A stretch of 64,000 nt of DNA from Octopus vulgaris (GCA_951406725.2 OX597830.1:33170001-33234000), one strand, 5' to 3'. Counted from the first letter of the stretch, positions 14,863-28,825 are shown. Numbers and translations: made by a program. Notes: generated by a model from the sequence alone, not told the origin.

Positions 14863-15262
14863 GGCGCAGGAGTGGCTGTGTGGTAAGTAGCTTGCTAACC
14901 AACCACATGGTTCCGGGTTCAGTCCCACTGCATGGCATCTTGGGCAAGTGTCTTCTGCTATAGCCCTGGGCCGACCAATGTCTTGTGAGTGGATTTGGCA
15001 GACGGAAACTGAAAAATATATATGTATATATATATATGTGTATGTGTGTGTTTGAGTGTCTGTGTTTGTCTCCCTAGCATTGCTTTACAACCGATGGTGG
15101 TGTGTTTACGTCCCCGTCACCTAGCAGTTAGGCAAAAGAGACCGATAGAATAAGTACTGGGCTTACAAAGAATAAGTCCCGGGGTCAAGTTGCTTGACTA
15201 AAGGTGGTGCTCCAGCATGGCCGCAGTCAAATGACTGAAACAAGTAAAAGAGTAAAAGAGTA
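14863..15262 (+). mobile_element. SINE family A, full length (tRNA head, CORE-like domain, internal microsatellite, hairpin and (GTAAAAGA)n tail)
   Basis: A-box TGGCTGTGTGG, B-box GGTTCAGTCCC, CATCTTGGGCAAGTGTCTT, 3' CAGTCAAATGACTG hairpin; about 20 related segments in the window. Confidence 0.92.
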
Positions 15263-15339
15263 TTGATTTACTGGATGAGAGATATTTGTTACAGATGAAA
15301 TAATATATTTATATTTGTGGAAATTCAGCTCAAAATTAT

Positions 15340-15690
15340 TAGTTGAATGAATTGACCCCAGTAGCCATCATTAATTTTTTAAGCTTGATATTCATTCTAT
15401 CGGTCTCTTTTGTTGAACTGCTAAATTACGGGATGTAAACACAACAACACCGGTTGTCAAGAGCTGATGGGACAAACTTTAGACACAAAAAACACACACA
15501 CACACACACATACATACATGAGATAGGCTTCTTTCAGTTTCCATCTAGCAAATCCATTCACAAGGCTTCGGTCGGCCAAAGGCTATAGTAGATGACACAT
15601 GCTCAAGATGCCATGCAGTAGGACTGAACCAGGAACCATGAGGCTTGCAAACCAACTTCTTACCACACACACACAGCCATGCCCGCACCT
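15340..15690 (-). mobile_element. SINE family A, older copy, inverted relative to 14863
   Basis: Collinear reverse complement of family A. Confidence 0.85.
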
Positions 15691-15714
15691 ATTGGTAATA
15701 CTTTCTGATAGTTA

Positions 15715-15927
15715 GGCGGCGAGCTAGCAGAAACGTTAGCACGCAGGGTGGAATGCTTAGCTGTATTTTGTGCCTTTACGTTGTGAGTTCAAATTCTGCT
15801 GAGTTCAGTTTTGTCTTTCATCCTTTCGGGGTCGATAATTAAGTATCATATGTGTATTGGGGTCAATCTAATCGACTGGCCTCCACCCCAAAAATTTTGG
15901 ACCTTCAGCCTAGAGTAGAATAGAATA
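15715..15927 (+). mobile_element. SINE family B, near full length
   Basis: Collinear with 8408-8622. Confidence 0.8.
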
Positions 15928-16251
15928 TTTTCTGATCGTAAAACTTGTGTAATCCAGGCAAGAGATCAGGTAATAATTATTTGCACCAAAGTTGACATTT
16001 TCCATTTTTCCTTTGGGGAGGGGGTGATTTTCATATCATGTAATTCTGGTTATTTAATTTGCCTCTTGATAAGCAGAGAAGATAGAAATATTTTGGTATT
16101 TTGGTGAATTCCATTACTAAAATCTGTAAATAAACGAATCAGCCGAAGAATATAAAAACAAATGTCAAATGTTAAAACATTTAACTAATTTTTAAATTAA
16201 TCCACACACACACACACACACACGCATATATGTATGTATGTATGTATGTAA

Positions 16252-16282
<31 letters not shown>

Positions 16283-16296
16283 TGTATGCATGTATG

Positions 16297-16327
<31 letters not shown>

Positions 16328-16707
16328 GTATGTATTTATGTATGTATGCACACACTCACATATACTTCAGCATGTGTGTATATATGTATATGTGTTTATC
16401 TGTCTTTTATGAGTGTGTACTAACAGAAACACACACATACATGTATATATGTGTGAGTTTACAGATTTGTATATCCATGAGTAGGCTTATGAACACTTAC
16501 TGAGAAAGAGAGAAGACAGAAGAGAGAGAGAGGGGAGACAGAAACTGGGAGAGAGACAGAGAGAGAGAGAATTGTATTTTGGCTAATAAATTTGGACAAC
16601 AGATTTCAATAAAAGTTCTAATAGAATATACTTGACTACACTTTTGCAGCTGAATGAAGATATAAAATACATTCAAAACGATAAAACAACAAACAACATC
16701 AACAATG

Positions 16708-16772
<65 letters not shown>

Positions 16773-18051
16773 TATAATAAAACTACAATAAATATAATAA
16801 AATATTTAAATAACAAACAAATGACCACAGAAGTCAATATTTATTTGAATGTTTATTTATTTAATTCATTCACTCATACTATCACTCTCTCTCTCTCTCT
16901 CTCTCTGTTTATCTCCCCCCTTCCTCTTCTTCCTCCACCTCTTCCTTCACCGCCTGTGTCTCTTTTTTTCTAATTTCAATTTCTAGTGTTCTTATATGGT
17001 AAAATTCCTTTGAATAATGCGTTGACCAAAAATTAATAAAAGAGATAAAAATACATTAATAAATCGAAAATATAAAGTAAATAAACAATTTAGCAATTTC
17101 TATAAAACAGGCTTTTAATGAAACTTGTTCCAAATTTGCAAGCAATGTACTTCAGTGTACAAAATTAAGTTTGTGCCGTAGTACTTTTTACAGTTGCATA
17201 TCAAATGCATTGAGATTTTAATGCCATAAAAGGCTTAAAATAAAAATTATTGTAATAATGAAATTTAGAAAAAGGGGGAAAAAATTGATTTGACATTTTA
17301 GGATAATTTTTCACCGTTTCATGTTAACTTGTTATATTTGTTAGATATGCTTGTAAATTTATGACTTTATTAGCTATTTATTAAAAAATATTTATTTATT
17401 TATTTATTTATTTGTTTTATTTTCAAATAAATTTCTGTTATGAAAGAGAGCATAACATTAGGTTACAAGCCTCAGACTGGTCCATGTAGGATTATAGCTG
17501 ACTTACAGATTTAGTTATATTTATTTTATTTATTTATTATTTATTTTAGATTTTTGTTTGTTTGTTTTTTTTTGTTTGTTTTTTTTCTTCTTTTACATAT
17601 TGTAACATTGTTGTTACTGTTTCTTTTGGTTTGATAAACTGCATGGATATTATGAAGTCATATGAACAAATAGCATACAGATAAGGTTTGAGATATTTCA
17701 CAATTATTTTTCCTTTCTATTTTCATTTCAAGATATGTCATCTTAGATCCTCTGGATAGAAAAGTCATGCACTAGAAATAGTGCAGCATTGAAGTAAAAT
17801 GCACTAGTGTACTTAATTTTGTTTCTAGAGAGTCTGAGTTCAAGTCATGGGTACTTTAAGTTTAGCTATCATTCATCTGTGGTTGATAATGAGTGCTTAA
17901 TATATTTTGGTGGTGGTTGAAATGACTGCGTACTTCTATAAATTTAAGGTTTATGCAAATGGGAAAAATCACTTTGTATTTGTAATAGAATTAAAACTGC
18001 CTGGTAGATAGTACGTAGTAAAACTGGATGAGAAGTTGATAATTTAAACCC

Positions 18052-18568
18052 TCATCATCATCATCATCATCATCGTTTAATGTCCACTTTCCATGCTATG
18101 CTAGCATGGGTTGGACGGTTCGACTGGGGTCTGGGAAGCCAGGAGGCTGCACCAGGCCCAGTCTGATCTGGCAGTGTTTCTACAGCTTGATACCCTTCCT
18201 AACACCAACCACTCCATGAGTGTAGTGGGTGCTTTTTACGTGCCACTGGCATAGGTGCCAGGCAAGGCTGGCAATGGCCACGATCGGTTGGTGCCTTTTA
18301 CATGCCACCGGCACGGAGGCCAGTCAGGGTGGCACTGGCAACGGCCACGTTTGGATGGTTCTTTTATGTGCCACCAGCACTGGTATCACAACTACAATTT
18401 CCATTGATTTTTGATCGATTTCGATTTCGATTTCACTTGCCTCAACAGGTCTTCATAAGCAGAGTTTTGTGTCCCTAGAAGGAAAGGTATGCATAAGTGG
18501 ACTGGCTACATCCCAGGTAGAGGCCACAGGTTATGGTCTCACTTGTCCTGCCGGGTCTTCTCACGCAC
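18052..18568 (-). mobile_element. RTE LINE 3' end
   Basis: Collinear with 39002-39390, including CTCACTTGTCCTGCCGGGTCTTCTCACGCAC (ORF stop region). Confidence 0.88.
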
Positions 18569-18589
18569 TTATAATTTAATCCTAGACTT

Positions 18590-19092
18590 GAGCAGGAACC
18601 ATATGATGGCATATTGTTCCACTATAATATGTTCATATTTACATATATACATAAAATATGCCAACCAATGCAGACTTTGTGGAGTTAACACCAAAAATAT
18701 CACCCACATCATAAGCAGTTGTCTGAAAATGTCATCACTGTATTATCTACCAATCAGACATGATGTAGTTTGGACACTCTATAATGAAATCCATTGGAAG
18801 GATAACCACGAGGACAAAGAAATAAGAACCCACAGTATGGTAGAAGCCATAGCCACACATGATAAAACAGAGTACTGGTGGAATGTCCTAGTGAAGATCT
18901 CAATAAAATGTAAGCACAACAGACCTGATAAAATGATTTGGGATAGAGAAGAGAAACTGTGTATAGATGTGGGAATCAGCTGCCCAGTGGATGTTAACAT
19001 GAAGCTGAAGATCAGTGAAAAAGAAAATACCTACCATGAACTCCTGCAGAATCTACAGTTCCTCTTTCCAGATTACAAGTTCAGGTTTATAC
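18590..19092 (+). pseudogene. R2/R4-group non-LTR retrotransposon fragment: CCHC zinc knuckle and restriction-like endonuclease (REL)
   Basis: CRLCGVNTKNITHIISSC (C-x2-C-x8-H-x4-C), RHD, WWN, NRPD..D..CP.D..EKENTY motifs. Confidence 0.88.
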
Positions 19093-19715
19093 ATTCATTT
19101 TCCATGCTGGCATGTGTTGGACGGCTTAACTGGGGACTGGCTAGCCAGTAGGCTGCACCAGGCTCCAATCTATTCTGGCAAAGTTTCTACGGCTGGATGT
19201 CCTTCCTAATGCCAACCACTCCAAGAGTGTAGTGGGTGCTATTTATGTTCCACCGGTATGGGAGCTAGTTGGGGGAGGGCACTGGCTTTGACCATGTTTA
19301 GTAGATTTTTTTACGTGTCACCAGAATGGGGAGCCAGCCAGGCAGCACTGGCATCGACCCATGTCTGAATGGTGCTTCTTGCATGCCACCAGCATGGATG
19401 CCAGTCAGGCAGCACTGGCATCGACCCACTCTTAAATGGTGTTTATTATGTGCCACCAACACAGGTGCCAGTCAGGCGGCACTGGCATCTATCCATGCTT
19501 GAATGTGCTTATTATGTGCCTCAAGCATGAGTACCAGTCAGGTGACACTGGCATCAATCCACACTTGAATGGTGCTTATTACATGCCACCAGCACAGGTG
19601 CTAGTCAAGTGGGACTGGTATTGACCCATGCTCGAATGGTGCTTATTACGTGCCACCAGCTCAGGTGCCAGTCAGGTGGCACTGACATCGACCCACAGCT
19701 ACGATTTTACTCGAC
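19093..19715 (-). mobile_element. RTE 3' UTR with about 7 tandem 67-bp hairpin-containing units
   Basis: Unit starts near 19371, 19438, 19505, 19571 and 19638; each has TGCCAGT-n8-ACTGGCA or a variant. Confidence 0.85.
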
Positions 19716-20035
19716 GCAGTATTAAATAATAAACAGTTTCATGTGAAAACAGCAGTAATATACTATTGTGTCAAACGTAGCAATACAACTTATTTATTAA
19801 GAGATGACAAGCAAAGTTAGCCCCAGTGGGATTTGAACCTAGAACAGTGAGCTACTGAACTTAATACTGCATAGATTAGCTATTAATATCTTCCACAATA
19901 TCAGATACCTTTGCAATATATTCTGGCCAAATAATATTGATTTATTTTGACTAGACACAAGATTAATTTTTCTAATGCAAAGCATAGTCAAGTGAATTGC
20001 TTCTTCTATATTACTGGAGTTTATATCATTGATAC

Positions 20036-20108
<73 letters not shown>

Positions 20109-20697
20109 GCAAAAATAAAAGTAAAATCACCTGTGACAGGATTCAATATAAGAACGCGGCTGAATTCTGAAGTACATTTAGTCTGGCACTTAACCATTTC
20201 TCTTGATTTTCCATCCTTATTAGCATAAGAATATTGCATTAATAGTTCCAGATTTTAGGTTGTATATGAAAACACAATTGTGGAGTAATGTTTGTGTATC
20301 TAGTTTTCAAAGGGAGAAGATAAATTAAACACTAAGATGTTGACTCTGTTGTGTTAAGATACAGAATTATTTTTTGAAGTGCTTTTCAGAAAAGAAAATA
20401 GTGTTTTATTAAGCAAAATGTATGATGGACATATCTATAGATACATAGGATCATCACCATTTTGTTTTCAGCGTTATACTGAAATATCAGTGATGGAATT
20501 GCAAGTTTGGGTCAGTCGTTATTCTTTAAGCATTTTTATTGTGTCTCAGGGTGGATGTAGCTTGGTTGGACTAACGATTTTTATTAATTGTACAGTAAAT
20601 TGTGTTCCCCTTGCCAGTACCTTCCTAAACCTAAGTAAGCTACACTGTGGGGTATTAAGTAGCCTGGTTATGGACTCGGTGGCTTGGCTGTCCATCA

Positions 20698-21525
20698 GTT
20701 ATGACCATTCAACCATTCATTGCCACCTGAGTGCCATTGGAAAAGTTAGAAAATTGAGTCAACGGGTTCCTAACAAACTTTCTGAATCTAATCCCACGCA
20801 GAGAGTTAAGGTGTGCTCTTCTTTGCTGTCACATCTCACGAATGAATCTTCTTTGGACCAAATATTGACTGGTGACAAGAAATGGGTTCTCTGTAAAAAT
20901 GTCAAGTGCTGAAGACAGTGGGTAGGGAAAGGAGAAACACGGACACCCCAGGTTAAAGAAGGTCTTCATCTACATAAGGTGTTGTTAACTGTTTAGTGGG
21001 ATATGAAGGGTTTAGTCCACTTTGAATTTTTAAATCCAAACCAAATGATAACAAGTGATATGTACCGTGAGCAGCTTGAGTGGCTTAAGTCAGTGCTAGA
21101 AGAAAAACGACTATCTTTGGTTTCAAGATGAAAGGTGTTCTTCCATCATGATAATGTTCGGCCACATGCAGCAAGGATGACATTCTAAAGGCTGGAGCAG
21201 TTTGAATGAGAAACGATGCCCCACCTACCATATTCTCTGGACATTGCCCTATCTGATTGTCATTTATTCCACAGTCTTCAAAATCATTTGGACAGAAAAA
21301 ATATGAATTCTGTGGCAGAGGTCAGAACAGTACTGGAGGTGTATTTTTTTCCACGGACAAATTAATTTTGGAAGAGGGGCCTTGCAAGTCTAAGAGATAG
21401 ATAGAAGAGCATTGTAGAAAATGAAGGAGAGTGTATTTTAGATTAAAAACGAACTTTGTTTATCTGAATTTCGAAAAATAAAAGAAATATAAATAAAAAC
21501 GCATTATTTATGGGATGATCCAATA
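20698..21525 (+). mobile_element. Decayed mariner transposon, 5'-truncated, right ITR retained
   Basis: RVPNKL (WVPHEL), TGDKKW, HDNVRPH, HLPYSLDIALSDCHLF (YSPDLAPSD) and ENEGECILD* at 21446, with several stops; ITR-like CGCATTATTTATGGGATGATCCAA then TA. Confidence 0.93.
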
Positions 21526-22683
21526 TTTATAGTCATTGTTTGTCAGAATATAGCAGTAAATAAATAATTTTATTGCGATGTTTACTTTCTCCCTCTTTAT
21601 ATGAAAATAAAGTTGTATAAAACATCACTCTTCTAGGAACACTTACCATTTTACTATTATAATTCAATAATACGAAGATAATTCAAGCTAAAGGGGTGAA
21701 AGATATGTTTACGTGGTGAGGATTACTCCTTGATGTAAGACTAATAGATAAAATTAAGATAACGTAGAGTAAACATGGATAGATAATTAAAGAATGGTAT
21801 TATTAGAATTAGTAAATAAAGAAAATGATAATTGGCAAAGTTTAAAAACATGTAAAAAATCCCACCCCCAGAATCACTTGAGGAAGGAAAGGGAAAGGTT
21901 TAAAATAGTATTATAAAAAAGAAGGAAACGGTTAAGAATAAAATATATATAATTAGGATATGATTCATTAATGCTAAATGCCAAATCATTAAGCTCAGGT
22001 CACTTGGTGCATCACAGCAAGAAATGTGAATTAAATAACAAACATTTGAAGAAAAAGTAAAATATGTAAAAATGAAGAAAATAGAACATTAAAAAAATCT
22101 AATAAAAGCTACAAATATATGAAAAAGCAGAAATGAAGGACATTAAATTTATTTACAAGGTTACGTTCATCTGAAAAAATAATGTAGATTATAAATCTGG
22201 GTATACATTGATATTTTAAGGTTAAAAATGTCTTAGCAAAGTGCTAGAAGAAAAATAAATATATACTTACAAAAGGCAGAATACAATATACAGACACACA
22301 CAAACCTTCAAAATGTAATTTTTGCACTAAGATCAGAAAAGAATAAATCTCAGAGTAGTTTACTTTCATGAAATTGTTATTGCTGCCTGGATTTTAAGAT
22401 CAATTTTTTTCATCCTGTTTACATGGTACAATAAGGTTTTCCTGATTTTAATTGAGTTGTTATGTTCTTACATATTGTCATGTGTAAACAACTTTCAAAA
22501 TGAAATATCATTGGTAGATTTCCTTATATTTTGCCTGACATCACAACAAAATTCTCAAGCTACAATTATAAGAAATAAGGAAAAGATACTGCTTTTATAT
22601 GAGTGCCGTGTGCATGTTTGTAATACAGATGTGTATGTTTTTGCAATGTTACACCATTTTTATAAGTTTGAGTACACTTTTTG

Positions 22684-22895
22684 GCTCTTTTACTGCTTCC
22701 AGTCATTCGATTTCAGCCATGCTGGAGCACTATCTTGTAAAGTTAGTCGAACAAATTGACCTCAGCACTTGTTTTTTTTTTTTTTAAGTATGGCATTTAT
22801 TCTGTTGGTGCCTTTTTACCAAACTTCTAAGTTACATGGATGTAAACAAAGTAACACCAGCTGAACAGCAGTGGGGGCACAAAAACAGACACATA
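22684..22895 (-). mobile_element. SINE family A-related 3' half
   Basis: CAGCCATGCTGGAGCAC..CTAAGTTACATGGATGTAAACA..GGGGGCACAAAAACAGACAC. Confidence 0.75.
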
Positions 22896-23140
22896 CATAC
22901 ATACATACATACATACATACATACACACACACATACATACATACATACATACACACATACATACATACATACATACATACACACACACATACATACATAC
23001 ATACACACAAACATGCAAATATACATACATATATACAGACATACATGCAAACATGCACACATATGTGCGTACATACATACATGCAAACATTTATACATAC
23101 ATACATACATACATACATACATACATACTTACATACATAA

Positions 23141-23530
23141 GAGTGGCTGTGTGGTAAGTAGCTTGCTTTCCAACCACATGGTTCCAGGTTCAGTCCCACT
23201 GCATGACACCTTGGGCAAGTGTCTTCTACTATAGTCTTGGGCCGACCAAAGCCTTGTGAGTGGATTTGGTAGACAGAAACTGAAAGAAGCCCGTCATATA
23301 TATGTATATGTATATATATATGTGTGTGTTTGTGTGTGTCTCTGTTTGTACCCCAACATCGCATGACAACTGATGCTGGTGTGTTTACGTCCCCATAACT
23401 TAGTGGTTCAGCAAAAGAGACCGATAGAATAAGTACTAGGCTTACAAAGAATAAGTCCTGGGCTCGATTTGCTTGACTAAAGGTGGTGCTCCAGCATGGC
23501 CACAGTCAAATGACTGAAATAGGTAAAGAG
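23141..23530 (+). mobile_element. SINE family A, full length
   Basis: Collinear with 14863-15262. Confidence 0.92.
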
Positions 23531-23821
23531 TATACACACATATATACATACATATATGGTTTTGTAAATAAATGCCTAACTGGATAAGCTTGGATTTTCA
23601 GAAAAAGAAATCAACCAACTGATTCGCACATTACAAATAATCTGTAAGTGGAAGAGTAAAACTCTGCAAGACTTTTCTGAAATTTAAAGCATTGACAGTG
23701 CTTTCACTATCTACATTCCAATGATGGAACTTTGTATATTTCTCAGAAACCAGCTCTTTCTTCCAAGGATAAATTCAAATAATTAAGAACAGAAAATGAT
23801 ATACATACAAACTTACATTAT

Positions 23822-24250
23822 TATCATCATCATCACCTTCATCATTTAGCGTCCATTTTTCCATGCTGGTATGGGTTAGATGGTTTGATTGGAACTGGTA
23901 AACTGGAGAGCTGTACCAAGTTCCAGTTGGTTTGTCTTGGTTTCTGTAGCTGGATGCCCTTCCTAACAGCAATCATTCACATGTCATTGGCATGGGTGCC
24001 TATTATGTGTCACTGGCACAGGTGCCCTTTATGTGTCACTAACTTGAGTACCTCTTATATGTTACTGACTCTGGCCACAACCATGAATTCACTAGGCTTG
24101 ATGAGTCTTCACAAGCACACCAAATCGGCAAAGATCTCGCTCACTTGTCATCACCTCTGTCAGACCCAACGTCTAAAGATCATACTTCACCAACTTGGCC
24201 TATTTTTTCCTGAGACAACCTCTTCTTCTGGTTCCCTCCACAGTTAGAGA
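23822..24250 (-). mobile_element. Old RTE LINE 3' end including ORF C-terminus remnant
   Basis: (CAT)n tail, GCTGGATGCCCTTCCTAAC; 24110-24250 is similar to 39380-39520. Confidence 0.75.
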
Positions 24251-24321
24251 TACATATATAAATATAATAATCAAGGATAAAAGTTTTTATAAAATTTTAT
24301 CAGTGGCCAACATATAAAAAC

Positions 24322-24735
<414 letters not shown>

Positions 24736-24963
24736 ATATAATGCTGAAGATAGACATTAAATTGTCCAGCCACTTTAAAAGTTGTCACAAAGTTATACAC
24801 GTGTGCAAATCAAGGCAACAAGCTAATGGAAAATTCATGACTTTTAAAGTTGCTGGATGATTTAGCATCCATCTTCAGTATATAGGCTAGAATTTCTCTG
24901 TGCCCTTAATTATAATTATACATAATAATAATCTATGCCCTTAATTATAATTATACACATGCA

Positions 24964-25112
24964 AGGCGGTGAGCTGGCGGAATTGTTTGCATGCTGAATG
25001 AAATGCTTAGCGGTATTTCGTCTGCCATTACGTTCTGAGTTCCAATTCCACCGAGGTCGACTTTGTCTTTCATTCTTTCAGGGTCAATTAAATAAGTACC
25101 AGTTATGCACTG
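24964..25112 (+). mobile_element. SINE family B, 3'-truncated
   Basis: GGCGGTGAGCTGGCGGAATTG..GAGGTCGACTTTGTCTTTCATTCTTTCAGGGTC. Confidence 0.8.
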
Positions 25113-25272
25113 GTCTTCCACACAGTTTCTTCAATCAAATTCACTAACAAATCTTTAATCAACCAGAGGCAATATCTGAACACCCTTGCTCAAGGTGCCT
25201 AGCATTCGGAATGAACCGGGAACTATCTGGTTGTGAAGCAAACTTCTTAACCCCACAACTATGTCAGTACCT
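25113..25272 (-). mobile_element. Old SINE family A-like 5' half
   Basis: CAAATTCACTAACAA..TTGCTCAAGGTGCC..GAACCGGGAACTATCTGGTTG. Confidence 0.6.
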
Positions 25273-25839
25273 GTTGAAATTCTTAGCTTTTTTTTTACTA
25301 AGTACTTTTATCATACACTGAGAAAAAAGGAAACAAATAGAAAAATACGAGGTTCATATTAAGTGGTAAAAAATAATATATTTAAATGTTGAAGGAAGAT
25401 AAAATATTTTAATGCGTGAAAGGAGGAACAAGCCAAGTCAAAGAACCGCTATGTAGAAAAATGACAGAAATAACAATGCCAATATTTCACATTAGTGCAA
25501 AGTCACACGCCTTGCAGTGAAGTCGTTATAGTTTGATTGAATTGAACCCAGTACAATATTGATACATTTTATATTGATTCCCTTCAAAGGGATAAAAAAA
25601 AAAAAGAAGGCAAAAGCTATCCTAAGCAAATTTTGAATTCAGAAAGTACAAGGAGTCATCTGATTATTTGAATATGTTTATATTATTGATTGTCAACTTT
25701 TTATGACATGATTGTCAATTGTAAAATTATAGAATGATGATGATGATGATGGTATGAATATGGTGCCAATGTTGATGCTGCTGCTGCTGATAATTATAAT
25801 GATAATAATAATAATTATAATAATAATAATAATAATAAT

Positions 25840-25874
<35 letters not shown>

Positions 25875-25882
25875 TAATAATA

Positions 25883-25974
25883 ACCCTTATCAGACGGGTA
25901 GTCATGATGGGTATACTGGGCTTCGTATATTTTACCCCAGTGTCACTTTGATGGCATGCACTGCTCTCTCACTC
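25883..25974 (+). mobile_element. (TAA)n-associated non-coding element, 92-bp 3' fragment
   Basis: Same 3' end GCACTGCTCTCTCACTC-(AAT)n as the 27598 and 57792 copies; (AAT)n on both sides. Confidence 0.85.
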
Positions 25975-25993
25975 AATAATAATAATAATAATG

Positions 25994-26116
<123 letters not shown>

Positions 26117-26117
26117 G

Positions 26118-26735
26118 TAAGAGAATAGGAAGTCAGATACAGAGTGCAACCATGAAATAGAAAAAAAGAAACCAGACATAGTCTTCATTTCATTTGAGTT
26201 TGAGTCCATGCTTAGGCCAAGTCGAAGACTCCACCCTCAGAGTCTGGTGTGGTTGCCAGGTTGTATTCTCTGTTTAATTTTGACATGTGTAGGAGCGAGT
26301 TTGAGTCAGTTTGTGCTCGTTGTGTATATCCTGGGAGATGGGGTTCATCTCTAATGGTGCTTGAAAGCAAACTATGCTGGATTCTAGATATAGTACGCGT
26401 AGCTGACAACAAGGTATGCGATAAGGAAGAAAGAAATGTTGATAGATATAACAGGTTAGCTTGGGAGGTTAAGCAGTTGTGGTCACTGAAAAAGGTGGTA
26501 GTAGTATCAATAACTGTTGGGGCCCTGGGAACAGTGAGTAAAAATCTTGAGAAGTACATGGAACAAATAGGGGCTGCAATAATGGTGGAGCACTTGCAGA
26601 AAACAGCACTGCTTGGAACCGCTTGATTACTCCAGATGGTGCTTGAAAAATAAGAGGTGTTAACTTAGTTCACTGGTAGTGAACAGCCGACACTGTAGTA
26701 CATCTCCAGCGTTAGAAGCTGTGAAAAAGGCAATG
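26118..26735 (+). mobile_element. R4/Dong-like LINE 3' fragment (REL C-terminus) between two (AAT)n runs
   Basis: KEERNVDRYNRLAWEVKQLW..ITVGALGTV..LQKTALLGTA, short UTR, (AAT)n tail. Confidence 0.85.
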
Positions 26736-26796
<61 letters not shown>

Positions 26797-27011
26797 AGAT
26801 GGTTTCAAATCTTTGCCACCAGGACAGCTTGTGGGAGGGGATTATGTTGATTGCATCGACCCCAGTGTTCAACTGGAGCTTATTTTATTAACCCAGAAAG
26901 GGTGAAAGGCAAAGTCAACCGTAGCGGAATTTGAACTTAGGACGTAGCAATGGGCGAAATATCACTAGGCTTTTCATCTAGCATGCTAATGATTCTGCTA
27001 GCTCACCGCTT
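26797..27011 (-). mobile_element. SINE family B
   Basis: Reverse complement of family B head and central domain. Confidence 0.8.
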
Positions 27012-27034
27012 TAATAATAATAATAATAATAATG

Positions 27035-27540
27035 CCAATACTATGGAATAACAACAGAAAAAAGATGCCAGAAAAGGTCACAGAAAATAAGTAACAATTC
27101 TATGGGATATTCCAATACACACAGATAGAGAAATTATGGCCAATAAGCCAGATATAGTTGTCAGAGATCATGAAGAAAAAAAATTGCTTTCTAATTGATG
27201 TATCAATACCAGCAGATGACAATGTTTCTCTAAAAGAAATCGAGAAATTTTCAAAATGCAAAGACCTGGAAGTAGAGGTAACTCGAATGTGGAGTCTAAA
27301 AACAAATAATTCTTATCATAGTAGGCACATTATGTATGATAAAAAAATATTCAGATAAATACATAACAAAAACACCAGACAGAAAATTGTACTACTGGGC
27401 ACTGCACAAATCCTATGCAAAACACTTTCAATACAGTAACCATAAGAGCACCACAGCAAACCACAACACATACCTACTGCACACAGAGCTGTGCTTAATA
27501 GTGCAGTGAAAGCACATTATAAAATTAAAACTACTGAATA
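27035..27540 (+). mobile_element. R4/Dong-like LINE 3' fragment, same family as 42146-42400
   Basis: ANKPDIV..CFLIDVSIPADDNVSLKEIEKFSKCKDLEVEVTRMW..QKIVLLGTA; ends AAAACTACTG-(AAT)n. Confidence 0.88.
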
Positions 27541-27597
27541 ATAATGATTATAATAATAATAATGATGATAATAATAATAATAATAATAATAATAAAT

Positions 27598-28141
27598 GCC
27601 CTGATGCAGTACCAGGCAGTGGCTCTCATGGCTTCTGATCTTAACTGATTGGAAGTGTTATCATGTACATTGTTTTGTCTTGGTATAAAAGATGGGCTAC
27701 AGCAAATATTCTGCTCAATACCACAGATTTGCTTGTCAGTTGTTTGACCGTAACCAGTTGAGCATGTCCCTTAGTGGCTGACGATATGTGCATCTCTGAT
27801 CACGAGCAGAAGTAGTGGGGGAGCATCACAGCCATGTGTTGAGAGGGATTCTTTGGGGTTTGAATAGTTCACCTGGGTGGTTCTTTCAACATCCTTAAAC
27901 AACCCTTATTCAGGGACCGTTTGAGCGGGATGGGCTACTCAACCTGAAGAAAATTCTAACTGGGCCCCACCTGCAAGGTCATGTGCTGTTTATCTTGATA
28001 TGAGATCACCATGTCGCGCACATATGGTTGTGATGCATGTGCCTGGTGTACCTTTATCAGACGGGTAGTCATGATGGGTATATTGGGCTTCGTATAATTT
28101 ACCCCAGTGTCACTTTGATGGCATGAACTGCTCTCTCACTC
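27598..28141 (+). mobile_element. (TAA)n-associated ~540-bp non-coding element, full copy
   Basis: Highly similar to 57792-58327 with the same 5' (CTGATGCAGTACCA) and 3' ends; (AAT)n on both flanks. Confidence 0.9.
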
Positions 28142-28185
<44 letters not shown>

Positions 28186-28199
28186 TAATAATGATGATG

Positions 28200-28279
<80 letters not shown>

Positions 28280-28284
<5 letters not shown>

Positions 28285-28635
28285 GACTACTCAGAGAGTG
28301 CAAACCTCTGCCAAGGTAACACTGACGTCCTCTCAACGATTAGTCAGAGATGATTTTAAAAATGAGATTATCTGAAATAAACTCAACTGCTCTCACAAAT
28401 GAGAATACTAAAAACGAACCCGATTGCTCTCAAAAATTAAGTAAAAAATCACAGTTAAAATAATCTAGAAACCTTGTTCGATACCAGATTGATTCCAAAA
28501 TCTAAGTTCGTGCCAGTCATGAGGCCAAACATTCCTGAAAGTTTCATCTGAATCCATCCAGTGGTTCTCAAGATATCTTGTCCATGGCAGACAAACATAA
28601 CTGAAAAAGAATACCTCTGCTTTCGCTAAGGTAGC

Positions 28636-28640
<5 letters not shown>
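28280..28640 (+). mobile_element. Non-autonomous Helentron/DINE-1-like element
   Basis: Homologous to 41207-41580; 5' AAACCTCTGCCAAGG and 3' hairpin ACCTCTGCTTT-CGCT-AAGGTAGCGGT. Confidence 0.7.
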
Positions 28641-28688
<48 letters not shown>

Positions 28689-28696
28689 TGATGATG

Positions 28697-28757
<61 letters not shown>

Positions 28758-28771
28758 TGATGATGATGATG

Positions 28772-28824
<53 letters not shown>

Positions 28825-28825
28825 T

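Noticed and set aside
14863-14935. tRNA gene call for SINE heads (also 24322 and 38350)
   Set aside because: No complete cloverleaf or acceptor stem, and each continues into a repeat body.
19230-19715. CRISPR-like appearance of regularly spaced palindromic repeats
   Set aside because: No unique spacers, whole units are homologous, it lies in an RTE UTR in eukaryotic DNA, and there are no cas genes.
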